The notes under the pieces: generated by a model
Database searches by the model: none
Told to the model about the DNA's origin: nothing
Seen by the model: only the letters and a program-made list of their open reading frames with translations
In this document: positions 7,882 to 16,130 of the stretch, piece by piece
How positions within the stretch are numbered: the first letter of the stretch is position 1
Layout of the letters: every line of letters starts with the position of its first letter
Program-made: the position numbers and the translations under genes
Assembly (NCBI GenBank): GCA_963720265.1
Contig: CAVRET010000002.1
Location: 814,069 to 878,068 of the forward strand
Direction: 5' to 3'
Length of the DNA stretch: 64,000 nucleotides
From: an uncultured bacterium
GTDB lineage: Bacteria; Patescibacteriota; Saccharimonadia; UBA4664

Positions 7882-10500
7882 ATGCTCACCTCAGATCGCA
7901 CAATGTCCGTTCTGACCGATGTATTGCCCGCATCGCGGGCAGTCGCGTGCCTCGTACTTATAACGGGCGTCTGCACGGTACTGGCTTTAGGCATTCGACG
8001 CATAATCGACTGGATAGTCCAGCTGCGCACCAAAAGAGCATTCCTCGAGGTGCGTCCCTCTGCCGCAACCGACAAGCTGCCGGTCGCAACCAATCAGCTC
8101 TTTAAGGTCGTGCACGGGGCAAACGCTGCCCGGCCCTGGTACCGCAGACTATTCACAAGAGTAACGGTTTCGCTTGAGATCGTATCATCCAAAACCGAAG
8201 GCATTCGTTTCTACATTGGTGCGCCGGTTAGTCAGATGGACATGATACGGCACCATCTCATTGCCTACGTTCCGGAATCAAGGACCGAACTGGTCCGGGC
8301 GCCGGGGCTTAATCTAAAGGGATCCCACGTCAGGGCGGTTGAATTTCGCCAATCCGGTCATTTCGCTTTGCCGTTAGCCCGTAACGACGCGCTTGACGAT
8401 ACCGACCCGGCCGGCTACCTCACCGGGGCTATGACGGGGCTTGGAGACGGTGAGCTTCTGGCCGTCCAACTCATCGCTTCCCCCGTCAAAAGCAAAGCGG
8501 CGGCGGCCATTGCCAGGCGCCTGCTGAGAAACGAAGACGTAGTCGCTGGTCTCACGTCAGGCAAAGGCGCACCGGTAAGGGGAAGTAGTGCACTGGCCAA
8601 ACTGATCGCATCCATCCTGTCACTGCCTGCGGATATCATCTGGGGCCATACGATGCAAAATACCGGAAGCGAACGGCAGCTGACCGGTCATCTGCTCATG
8701 GCGCAAAACCATTTGAAGCCCGAAAGAACGCTGAGTGCTAAAGAAGAGCAGCTGACAAGGGCCATCCACTACAAGGTGACGCAAAGCGTCTTCAGGACGG
8801 ACCTGCGGGCAATCGCCGTATCTCAAAACCGCGCCGGCACCAGGCGCCGCCTGAACGGGATCAAAGCCGTACTCGCTTCATACGGGGATTCGTCGTACCA
8901 GTCGCTTGCCGCAAGGCCGAAGCTCACGGGATCACTTGGGGGCCGTTACCTCATGTCAAAGGTCACGCGCAGGCTGCCAAGTTTCAGGCCAGGGCGGGCA
9001 AATTTGTTTGCCGCATCAGAACTTGCCGGGCTCTTTCATTTCCCGAATTCTACCTCGGCAAAAACCGAAAACGTTATGAAATCCCTAAGCCGGACCCTGC
9101 CGGCGCCCGTCTCTCTCAAACAGTCTATTCCGAATGCCGGCATCACTGTCGGGCGTAATATCTACCACGGCGCCGAAACTGATATTGTCTTAACCCGCAG
9201 GGATCGCGAACGCCATTGTTACATCATCGGCGGGACCGGAAACGGCAAAACCACGCTGCTTGAGAGTTGCATGATCCAGGATGCAAACCTCGGTAACGGA
9301 TTTGCCTTCATCGACCCGCATGGTGACGCCGCCCAAAACCTGTTGCGCCATATCCCAAGCGCGCGTATTGAGGAGGTAGTTTACCTGAATCCGGACGACT
9401 TAAGTTACCCTATCGGGCTCAACCTCCTCGAGCTGCGTGAAGGTCTGGCGGGGGATGAACTGCTGCGCGAAAAGGATCTTATTACTGAAGCCACCGTCTC
9501 AGTCTTTCGTAAGATCTTCTCAGACCAAGACGAAGGCGGCCACCGGATTGAATACGTGCTTAGGAACACTATCCAGACAGCGCTTACCCAAGACGGCGCC
9601 ACCTTATTCACGGTTTTTGACCTTTTAAACGACCCCGTCTACCGCAAGCGCGTCGTATCAACGCTTGGCGACAAGGACTTAAAGAACTTCTGGCAGCAGG
9701 AGCTGGGCAAGGCCGGCAACTTCCAAAGGGTTAAGATGGCCGCCGGCATCACAGCTAAAATCGGCCGCTTCCTGTTCTCGGCATCAGCCAAACGCATGCT
9801 GGAGCAGCCAAGGTCTACCATTAATTTCGATGACATCATAAATTCCGGAAAAATCTTAATCTGCAACGTTTCAAAAGGATTGCTCGGAGAAGATACGGCC
9901 GAACTATTCGGCATCACGATTCTCGCTAAATTGCAGCTGGCCGCCTTAAGAAGGGCCCGGATGGCGCGCGGCAACCGTCGTCCCTTCTACCTCTATGTCG
10001 ACGAGTTCCAAAACTTCGCCACTACCTCGTTCGTGCAAATGCTCTCAGAAGCAAGAAAGTACGAGGTGCTCATGACGCTCGCCCAGCAGTCCACCGCCCA
10101 GCAACCCGACCAGCGCTTAATCAATGTAGTTCTGGCCAACGTCGGCACGCTCATCGCTTTCCGCACCGCCAGCCCCGCTGACGAACGCCTCCTGCTGCCG
10201 TTCTTTGCGCCCTTTATCGAGTCCGGGGAGATCGGCAACCTGCCGTCGTTTAACTTCTACATGCGCATGACAGGTGTTACTGCCCAGGAGCCCTTCTCCG
10301 GCAAGACGGTCCTGCCGGCAAGCGATGGCAGCGACATTACCGCCGCGGCCATTATCGAATACTCAAGAGCCCACTACGCCAAGAGGTTCGAACCGCCGGC
10401 CGCACCCACGGCAAAAAACGCTGCTACGGCCGCAAATTCGCTGGATAAGAAACCCGGCTTTACCCGGCCAAAATCGCACCTGGAAAGTGGCACCTCATGA
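7882..10500 (+). CDS. membrane-anchored FtsK/TraD/VirD4-like P-loop ATPase (putative conjugative DNA-transfer/coupling protein)
   Basis: N-terminal TM helix, then Walker A (IIGGTGNGKTTLLES) followed by IDPHGD, then Walker B (LYVDEFQNF) and LAQQS. This is the architecture of T4SS coupling or TraG/TraD-like ATPases. Confidence 0.55.
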   Translation: MLTSDRTMSVLTDVLPASRAVACLVLITGVCTVLALGIRRIIDWIVQLRTKRAFLEVRPSAATDKLPVATNQLFKVVHGANAARPWYRRLFTRVTVSLEIVSSKTEGIRFYIGAPVSQMDMIRHHLIAYVPESRTELVRAPGLNLKGSHVRAVEFRQSGHFALPLARNDALDDTDPAGYLTGAMTGLGDGELLAVQLIASPVKSKAAAAIARRLLRNEDVVAGLTSGKGAPVRGSSALAKLIASILSLPADIIWGHTMQNTGSERQLTGHLLMAQNHLKPERTLSAKEEQLTRAIHYKVTQSVFRTDLRAIAVSQNRAGTRRRLNGIKAVLASYGDSSYQSLAARPKLTGSLGGRYLMSKVTRRLPSFRPGRANLFAASELAGLFHFPNSTSAKTENVMKSLSRTLPAPVSLKQSIPNAGITVGRNIYHGAETDIVLTRRDRERHCYIIGGTGNGKTTLLESCMIQDANLGNGFAFIDPHGDAAQNLLRHIPSARIEEVVYLNPDDLSYPIGLNLLELREGLAGDELLREKDLITEATVSVFRKIFSDQDEGGHRIEYVLRNTIQTALTQDGATLFTVFDLLNDPVYRKRVVSTLGDKDLKNFWQQELGKAGNFQRVKMAAGITAKIGRFLFSASAKRMLEQPRSTINFDDIINSGKILICNVSKGLLGEDTAELFGITILAKLQLAALRRARMARGNRRPFYLYVDEFQNFATTSFVQMLSEARKYEVLMTLAQQSTAQQPDQRLINVVLANVGTLIAFRTASPADERLLLPFFAPFIESGEIGNLPSFNFYMRMTGVTAQEPFSGKTVLPASDGSDITAAAIIEYSRAHYAKRFEPPAAPTAKNAATAANSLDKKPGFTRPKSHLESGTS

Positions 10501-10566
10501 ATATATCGATTTATTCATATAAATCACTCAATTCCAGATATAAGACTAATATTTTTGTCTCCCCCC

Positions 10567-10583
10567 TATATACATATGTATAT
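10567..10583. promoter_or_regulatory. perfect palindrome upstream of replication-relaxation gene (operator / possible nic-site region)
   Basis: ATATACATATGTATAT is a 16-bp perfect palindrome in a 95-bp AT-rich intergenic stretch, 15 nt upstream of the ATG at 10598. Confidence 0.4.
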
Positions 10584-10597
10584 GGAGACGCGCGCCC

Positions 10598-11389
10598 ATG
10601 ACGAACGCACATCAATCACTAACGAAACAACAAAGCGCAATCCTTACGCTTATAGCAAGATTTAGGTTTATCACAACCAGGCATGTCCAAAAGAAATTGA
10701 AAATCAAATACGTGTCAAACGTTCAGCCGAGACTTAACTGGCTCATAGGACGCGGACTTATCGGTCGTAAGTATGAATCCGAGTTTAAGCTTGCCGGCCG
10801 GCCGGCTGCATATTTCCTCATGCCAAAAGGAATGCGAGCACTCCGTGAGCTTAGGCCCGAAATCGACCGTGCTGCCCTCCACGCCGCCTATAAAGATGTC
10901 GACGCCAGTGACGACTTCATCCGCCGCTGTCTCATGGTAGCGGATACGCACCTGGCACTCTCAACGCGCTTTGGCGGTCAGTTTGAATTTTTTACCAAAA
11001 GTGAATCAAGACCATACGACTACTTCCCGCAGCCCCTTCCGGATGCCTACATCCGCATCCCGGACGAAACAAGATCTGACGACAATCCCGTCCATTTCTT
11101 TCTCGAAGTTTGCCAAACGTCGCGGCCGCCTTTTGCGCTCAGATCACAGCTTAAACGCTATGTCTCGTTTGCCGAAGACGGCCTCTGGCCCGAAACTACC
11201 GGTACGAGGCTGCCGCCGGTCCTCCTGCTTTGTGACACCGATGAACTGGCCAAGAAATTAAAGCGTACGGTCAATGCACTGCTCGAAGACACCTTTGAAG
11301 ACGACCTCGAATTCAAGGTGCTCACCATGTTGGATTTCGCAGCTTGGAACGACAAAATCTTCTTCCCAAAACCAGCCAAAAGTGTCTAA
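10598..11389 (+). CDS. replication-relaxation family protein (plasmid/ICE-associated)
   Basis: N-terminal winged-helix motif LTKQQSAILTLIARFRFITTRHVQKKL matches the replication-relaxation family, and the protein is the expected length. It sits next to the TraD-like ATPase. Confidence 0.65.
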   Translation: MTNAHQSLTKQQSAILTLIARFRFITTRHVQKKLKIKYVSNVQPRLNWLIGRGLIGRKYESEFKLAGRPAAYFLMPKGMRALRELRPEIDRAALHAAYKDVDASDDFIRRCLMVADTHLALSTRFGGQFEFFTKSESRPYDYFPQPLPDAYIRIPDETRSDDNPVHFFLEVCQTSRPPFALRSQLKRYVSFAEDGLWPETTGTRLPPVLLLCDTDELAKKLKRTVNALLEDTFEDDLEFKVLTMLDFAAWNDKIFFPKPAKSV

Positions 11390-11430
11390 ATACAGCCAAG
11401 CACCATGACAACCTAGACGATGGGAGCCAC

Positions 11431-11970
11431 ATGACCACAGCAGTTCTACCTCAAGCGCCTCCGGCGCAAGCGAGTAGGCGTGCCCTCACGTTCTACTCCG
11501 CACAAACCATCTGGGACTATGAATGCCGTGTAGAGCAGCGCCTCCGCCGCCTGATGCGCGGCACAGCCTGTGTCCTGCTGGTTGCAGGCTTTGCCGCCGT
11601 TGGTCTTGGCGTCTACATCATCGTGGCTACGTCCGGTCCCTACACCGACTCGGCCGGCGCTGCCATGCTGGTCACCGGCCTGGCCCTGCTGTTCCTGGGC
11701 CTCCTGTGTGTCTACTCGAGCATCTTCGGCTGCGTCTGGAAACCGGACATCTACGAGCCGGATCGGATCACCCAGCTCCTGGTGAACAACCGCCGCATCC
11801 CAGCGGCGGCCCGTGATGAGATCGCGCTCGCGCACGAACTCCACCCGGACCTGCCCATGATTGTGCGGTCGATCATCCTGGATCCGTCGGCCGCACTCGT
11901 GTTCGGTCCCGGAGACATCCGCACCTTCGAGGTCTGGTGGAGGTTCGGGCGCGTCAACCCAGTCGCCTGA
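11431..11970 (+). CDS. two-TM membrane protein, hypothetical
   Basis: ATG at 11431 with a GGGAG RBS. Two long hydrophobic helices (CVLLVAGFAAVGLGVYIIVA; AAMLVTGLALLFLGLLCVY). Confidence 0.45.
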   Translation: MTTAVLPQAPPAQASRRALTFYSAQTIWDYECRVEQRLRRLMRGTACVLLVAGFAAVGLGVYIIVATSGPYTDSAGAAMLVTGLALLFLGLLCVYSSIFGCVWKPDIYEPDRITQLLVNNRRIPAAARDEIALAHELHPDLPMIVRSIILDPSAALVFGPGDIRTFEVWWRFGRVNPVA

Positions 11971-12188
11971 CTCGCCGCCCACACCCGCCGGCGCTAACTG
12001 CGCCGTCCGCCGCCTAGCGGCGGGGACAAACACCTCCGGTCCCCGCTGCCGGCGGCGTTTGTCGTTTGTGCCGTTGACCCGTTTCGGGCAAGCCAAACTT
12101 ACCGACCGAAGCACGTACCTAGTCTTATATCGAAGCATATGATATAACTACAAAATCCCGTTGTTCGACAAAGTGGAAGGTGGTAGTG

Positions 12189-12770
12189 ATGCCCCAGTTC
12201 GTTGGAATGGGCTGGCCCGATGGGCTCGGCGAAGACCTTCTGGATGATCTCGGTGATCTTCTCGCCCGGCGTTGTGCCGCAATCCCGGCCCTCGGAGTAC
12301 CGGACACCAGGCGCTACTCTCATTTCTGGAGCTGCCAGCGGGGCCGGGGATCGCGCACCCCGCGCATCATGTACACCACCCCCGGGCTCTTCGATCTCCC
12401 GGACCGGACCCCGCAGGTGCTCGAGCTCATGGCCTGTGTCATCGCCGACACGCTCACGCAGTTTTGCCTCACCGACCCGCGGCTGAGGTTTTACTACCTG
12501 CTCGCCATGGCCTATACCCGGTCCAACCCGACCGTCGAGCAATGCATCATCTGGAACCCGCACCGCCTTGCCCTGAACGCGTTCGCTGCGCAGATGGAAG
12601 AAGCCGGGCGCCGGCGTCTCCTCTACGAGGCCGAACGTGATCGCGCCAGGCAGGCGGTAGGCCGCGAGAACGATCTCGCCACCTGGTCAGACCTGCTCGG
12701 CTGGATGGGGAACCTCTTCGACATCTTCGACCAGACGCGGGCAGCGGCCCAGAACCGCGCCCACGGCTGA
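12189..12770 (+). CDS. hypothetical protein
   Basis: ATG at 12189 with GGAAGGTGG upstream. Protein-like composition. The competing minus-strand ORF is low-complexity. Confidence 0.35.
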   Translation: MPQFVGMGWPDGLGEDLLDDLGDLLARRCAAIPALGVPDTRRYSHFWSCQRGRGSRTPRIMYTTPGLFDLPDRTPQVLELMACVIADTLTQFCLTDPRLRFYYLLAMAYTRSNPTVEQCIIWNPHRLALNAFAAQMEEAGRRRLLYEAERDRARQAVGRENDLATWSDLLGWMGNLFDIFDQTRAAAQNRAHG

Positions 12771-12853
12771 CCGGCCGCAAATCAACAAGCGGAGCTCAGG
12801 CTCCCGGCGGGACTCCTGCCGGGAGCCTTCGTCGTGTAATACGTGAAGTAAAC

Positions 12854-14030
12854 CAGCTAAGCTGAACCACCCCACACTCCACTCCAGACGATTTGTCCCG
12901 AGGCCTGCTGCAGTTGCTCGTAGGCCTGGCGGAGCCAGGACGTTTGCTTCTTGGGGTTGGCGCTTGTCACGGTTTGTTTAGTGGGCTTCGTTTCCAGATA
13001 AAGTAGTGCAATGCCAAGGCTGACCAGCCACAAGATGAGCTTTAGGTTATGCGGCTTGGTTAACCTGGTGCGTTTGTACTCAAAGATGTGTTTAATGTCC
13101 CGAAAGGTCTCTTCAATCTCGAATCGGTGGTAGTAAATTCGGATAATCTTAGTTCGACTGCTTCTGAAATCGTTAGTGAGTATGTACCAGGACTCTTTGG
13201 CACGCCGGCTTTTGGGCGAGCGGATAACCCGGAGAGTCAGTCCATATATCTGGACCGTGGTATCCCGGTCTACTAAGGAACTAACCTCGGTCACCTCGCC
13301 GTCACATTCAACATATCGCCCTGCCTTGAGGCGGACATAGAAGGTAGCGTTTGCTGCTGCTAGATGCGTCACAATGGACCGGTTGCCAAAACCGCGGTCA
13401 AAGACCAGTCGGGGCCAGAAGCCGAGCCGGTCAGCCATGGCTTGGAGGCTAGTGACGGTATGCTCGGTAAAAGACTGCTGCCGGCGGGCCGCTTGCATGG
13501 CAGCTCTGAGTTTCTTCCAGTGCGGAGCGGCATTCTCGTGGGCAGGAATATGGTGAGCGTAAGTGGTCTCAACCATACAAGGGAGGGATCTGCCCTTCCG
13601 GGTTTGTACGGCACCTACCAAGGCTGTGAGCCCATGCATGTCCGAGTGATCTACATTTACATAGCTGCGTGGTTTGACGAGCGCCAGCTGGTCAAAAACC
13701 TCTCCGAGCTGGTCGGTAAAGGCGGTGTTTTGGAACATGCGCTCTGCCTTACGCAGACCGGTGTGGGGGTTGGCAACCACCATGCGGGCATTGCCGCTGG
13801 CGCTCTGGAAAGCTCTAAGTCCGTATGCCTGCAGGCCAAACGACAGCTGCGTCCGCCAACGGCTCGGCACACTGGGCATTAATTGCTTTTGTATACGAGT
13901 ACGGATACCCCGTACAATATTGGGTGACGACATATTTGTTTTCCTGTTTGTTTTGAAGTGGACAGAAAACAGTGTGTCGTCTTTTTAGTTGCAGCTCAAG
14001 GAAGTGTGGGGTGGTTCAGCCAGCTAAGCT
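12854..14030. mobile_element. IS4-family insertion sequence with terminal inverted repeats and direct-repeat target duplication
   Basis: An 18-bp inverted repeat, GCTGAACCACCCCACACT (12861-12878), and its reverse complement (14003-14020) flank a single transposase gene. The flanking direct repeat is CAGCTAA(GCT): 12854-12863 on the left, 14021-14030 on the right. Confidence 0.8.
12857..13933 (-). CDS. IS4-family DDE transposase
   Basis: 358 aa with VFDRGFGN and a C-terminal YYHRFEIEETFRDIKH, the IS4/IS5-superfamily Y-x2-R-x3-E-x6-K signature. Confidence 0.85.
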   Translation of the reverse strand: MSSPNIVRGIRTRIQKQLMPSVPSRWRTQLSFGLQAYGLRAFQSASGNARMVVANPHTGLRKAERMFQNTAFTDQLGEVFDQLALVKPRSYVNVDHSDMHGLTALVGAVQTRKGRSLPCMVETTYAHHIPAHENAAPHWKKLRAAMQAARRQQSFTEHTVTSLQAMADRLGFWPRLVFDRGFGNRSIVTHLAAANATFYVRLKAGRYVECDGEVTEVSSLVDRDTTVQIYGLTLRVIRSPKSRRAKESWYILTNDFRSSRTKIIRIYYHRFEIEETFRDIKHIFEYKRTRLTKPHNLKLILWLVSLGIALLYLETKPTKQTVTSANPKKQTSWLRQAYEQLQQASGQIVWSGVWGGSA

Positions 14031-14095
14031 TGCTAATAAATATAATTTATAGTATTCATATATAGTTGGCATCACACCTATCGAGAGAGGCCCAC

Positions 14096-14677
14096 ATGAC
14101 CAGGCGTCACGAGGCGAGCTATAGCGCTGGGAACGGGGATGACACGAGTCGGCTCACCTGTACGTGTAAGCGCTTGACCCTGCTAGGACCCAAGACTCAG
14201 CTAGATCAGGCTTGGTCCATGCACCTTGCCGCAGAACAAACACCGTCGGCCGCCGCCACACCGGCCTTCACGGATCATCACGCGCTGATACTCGCGGCCG
14301 TCTTTCCTCTAATAGCGGACATCCATCTCGACCGAAACCCGGTCGAAGTCGAGCCCCTGACCTCAGGGGACCGGAATGTGTTTCGCTTGGCCGTGGCCAC
14401 GTTGGCGGTAGGCGGACTAACGAGCGATGCCATAAAGGCAGGGGTGGCCGCCCAAGCAAGGGGGAGTGTGTCGGCCGTCTACAGAGCCGTCAAGGCCATG
14501 CCGACACTCCTAGGCGGAAACGAAGAGGCACGCATCCGCTTCCGGCTCGCGGTAGACCGGATCACGCAAGCGATCGAATGCCTCCGTCCGGTACTCCAAA
14601 GGTCCGGCCTCGACTTTACAATCCAGATACCGGCCGACTGGAAAGTAGCGCTTGACCAAGGTGTCGCAGGCGCCTAG
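14096..14677 (+). CDS. hypothetical protein
   Basis: ATG at 14096 with a GAGAGAGG RBS. Followed by the hairpin CCACCGGGCC(gcca)GGCCCGGTGG. Confidence 0.4.
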   Translation: MTRRHEASYSAGNGDDTSRLTCTCKRLTLLGPKTQLDQAWSMHLAAEQTPSAAATPAFTDHHALILAAVFPLIADIHLDRNPVEVEPLTSGDRNVFRLAVATLAVGGLTSDAIKAGVAAQARGSVSAVYRAVKAMPTLLGGNEEARIRFRLAVDRITQAIECLRPVLQRSGLDFTIQIPADWKVALDQGVAGA

Positions 14678-14679
14678 TG

Positions 14680-14705
14680 CCACCGGGCCGCCACGGCCCG
14701 GTGGT
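14680..14705 (+). terminator. GC-rich hairpin after 14096-14677
   Basis: 10-bp perfect stem CCACCGGGCC / GGCCCGGTGG with a 4-nt loop. A second hairpin, AACCCGGGA..TCCCGGGTT, lies at 14752-14785. Confidence 0.45.
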
Positions 14706-14791
14706 GACACCGCACTTATTGCAAAATAAATAAATCATGCTCGACCAAAAAACAACCCGGGACTCTACAAAAGAATCCCGGGTTGCCGTTC

Positions 14792-15106
14792 TTAATACTC
14801 GGACGCAAGCATTACCGTAAGTACCCTCCGGCAACGGCGGCTTAACGGATCCTCCCATCCGCGCAGCTGTACGTCGTAATAATCTATCTTCCACAGCACC
14901 GTCTCGTCATGCCAGACAATACTTCCGAAGTCATGCTCACCGTATGGATCGTTATCTGAAGTAAACGCATCAAACGTGCGCACCGCCCGCATCAGCCCCG
15001 CTACATCATCTATCGCTTGCACGCCGGGCGTAATCACAACACCAAACCCTTTGCGCCGAAACTCGTCGTTCAGCGCAGCCACCACTGATGCTTGTTTGGT
15101 CTTCAC
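14792..15106 (-). CDS. DUF3768 family protein
   Basis: DNDPYGEHDFGSIVW...WKIDYYD matches the conserved DUF3768 core found on plasmids and phages. GTG start at 15106 with AAGGAGG at a 5-nt spacing. Confidence 0.55.
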   Translation of the reverse strand: MKTKQASVVAALNDEFRRKGFGVVITPGVQAIDDVAGLMRAVRTFDAFTSDNDPYGEHDFGSIVWHDETVLWKIDYYDVQLRGWEDPLSRRCRRVLTVMLASEY

Positions 15107-15282
15107 TCGTACCTCCTTAACTCTTACGGACGAGCTGTTCTCTCGCCCTGGACATGCGGCAAAGGACAGCCGCGCAAGCGTCAAGGTGGAGCCTGGGGGA
15201 GGTGAGCTGGGACTACCTTGACGCTTGAAACGAGGCTGGCCTTACGATGGAAAGACAAGGGGAGAGCTACCTCTCGTCCCCA

Positions 15283-15874
15283 TGCAAAAGCGACCCCAAT
15301 TAGGGTCGCTTTGCTTACAGATAATAGCAATGGATCAAGCAAGAGAGCGCCGTATATGCGGCGGCCGGGGGGAGTGGAGCGCCGGCGGCTCCATCTCTCC
15401 CCGGCCGGGTGGCCGTTCGCTAGCGCGGCAGGGGCAGCACACGGGCTGCCCCTCCGGTAGTCGAACGACACTGCGGAATTCCCTTCCGCGGGAGGCGTCT
15501 GCCTTACAGGACCCAAGGGTCCTTACGGCAGGCGAAGGCCCCTTGCGGGGCTGTCACGACTCGTATAGAACCAGCCGCATGGACTGCTCCCTTCTTGTTG
15601 ACGTTCCCGCGCGTACCGCCTGCCCCGCGTGGGGCCGGGGGGCGGTAGCCTGGTGCGTGACGCTTTTACCCTGTAGTAGGGCTCAGCGCCGGCCCCTAAG
15701 GGCAACCGTTAACGGCATGACACCTCACAAGGGTCTAGCAGTGCTACCGGGATGAGGCGATGTACCGCGATGATCAGGCGCGGTTCCCGGTTGTAAAGCT
15801 CTAACGAATGAGGGCCTTGCAACCGGAAACCGACTACTCCCTTGCTTGTAAAGGTTTCTGCTAGAAGCAGAATA
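15283..15874 (-). ncRNA. candidate large (~590 nt) GC-rich structured non-coding RNA, or a very long structured leader of the DUF3768 gene
   Basis: Runs between the consensus promoter (15881-15908, minus strand) and hairpin AAAGCGACCC(caatta)GGGTCGCTTT (15287-15312). The interval has only low-complexity R/G/S-rich ORFs. It carries many nested perfect stems, for example GCCCC-ttgc-GGGGC, GGGGCAGC-acacgg-GCTGCCCC, CTGCC-TTAC-AGGACCC-aa-GGGTCCT-TAC-GGCAG and TACCGCC...GGCGGTA enclosing GCCCC-gcgt-GGGGC. Confidence 0.4.
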
Positions 15875-15880
15875 AAGACA

Positions 15881-15908
15881 ATTATACACAAAAAATAACA
15901 TTTGTCAA
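15881..15908 (-). promoter_or_regulatory. perfect consensus sigma70 promoter (TTGACA-N16-TATAAT) on minus strand
   Basis: Minus-strand TTGACA (rc of 15903-15908), a 16-nt spacer, then TATAAT (rc of 15881-15886). No ORF start lies within about 750 nt downstream. Confidence 0.6.
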
Positions 15909-16130
15909 TATTTGATTCGCGGCATCCCGGTGCCTAGAGCAGTGCTTTCTTAGGAGACATCAGTAAATCTTAGGTAACCGCCCGCCCAAAAGTTCACCTG
16001 GGACGGCACGAGGCCTGAGGCTCCACAACTGACAACGCCTCGCGTTGCAAGCTCTGGGGCCTCCTGCCGTACACATGTTTATGCACGGCAGGAATGTTGG
16101 CTGCGGCCCGCAACAACTTACGTGCAGGCC

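Noticed and set aside
12099-12563. 154-aa minus-strand ORF
   Set aside because: Low-complexity Gly/Arg/Pro-rich. It is antisense to the RBS-supported + strand ORF 12189-12770.
15283-15874. Identification of the structured region as RNase P RNA, tmRNA, SRP RNA or a group II intron remnant
   Set aside because: I could not find the conserved RNase P P4 (GGAAAGUCCGGGCUCC / ACAGAACCCGGCUUA) motifs, the tmRNA tag ORF plus the GGUUCGAUUCC..CCA 3' end, or a group II domain V-like GAGCCGUAUG..CACGUACGGUUC, on either strand.
15185-15891. Several 60-176-aa ORFs on both strands across the ncRNA candidate (e.g. 15225-15755 +, 15181-15516 -)
   Set aside because: All are Arg/Gly/Ser/Pro-rich low-complexity translations typical of random frames in about 70% GC DNA, and none has an RBS. 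The perfect consensus promoter and hairpin density fit an RNA better. A real small protein cannot be fully excluded.
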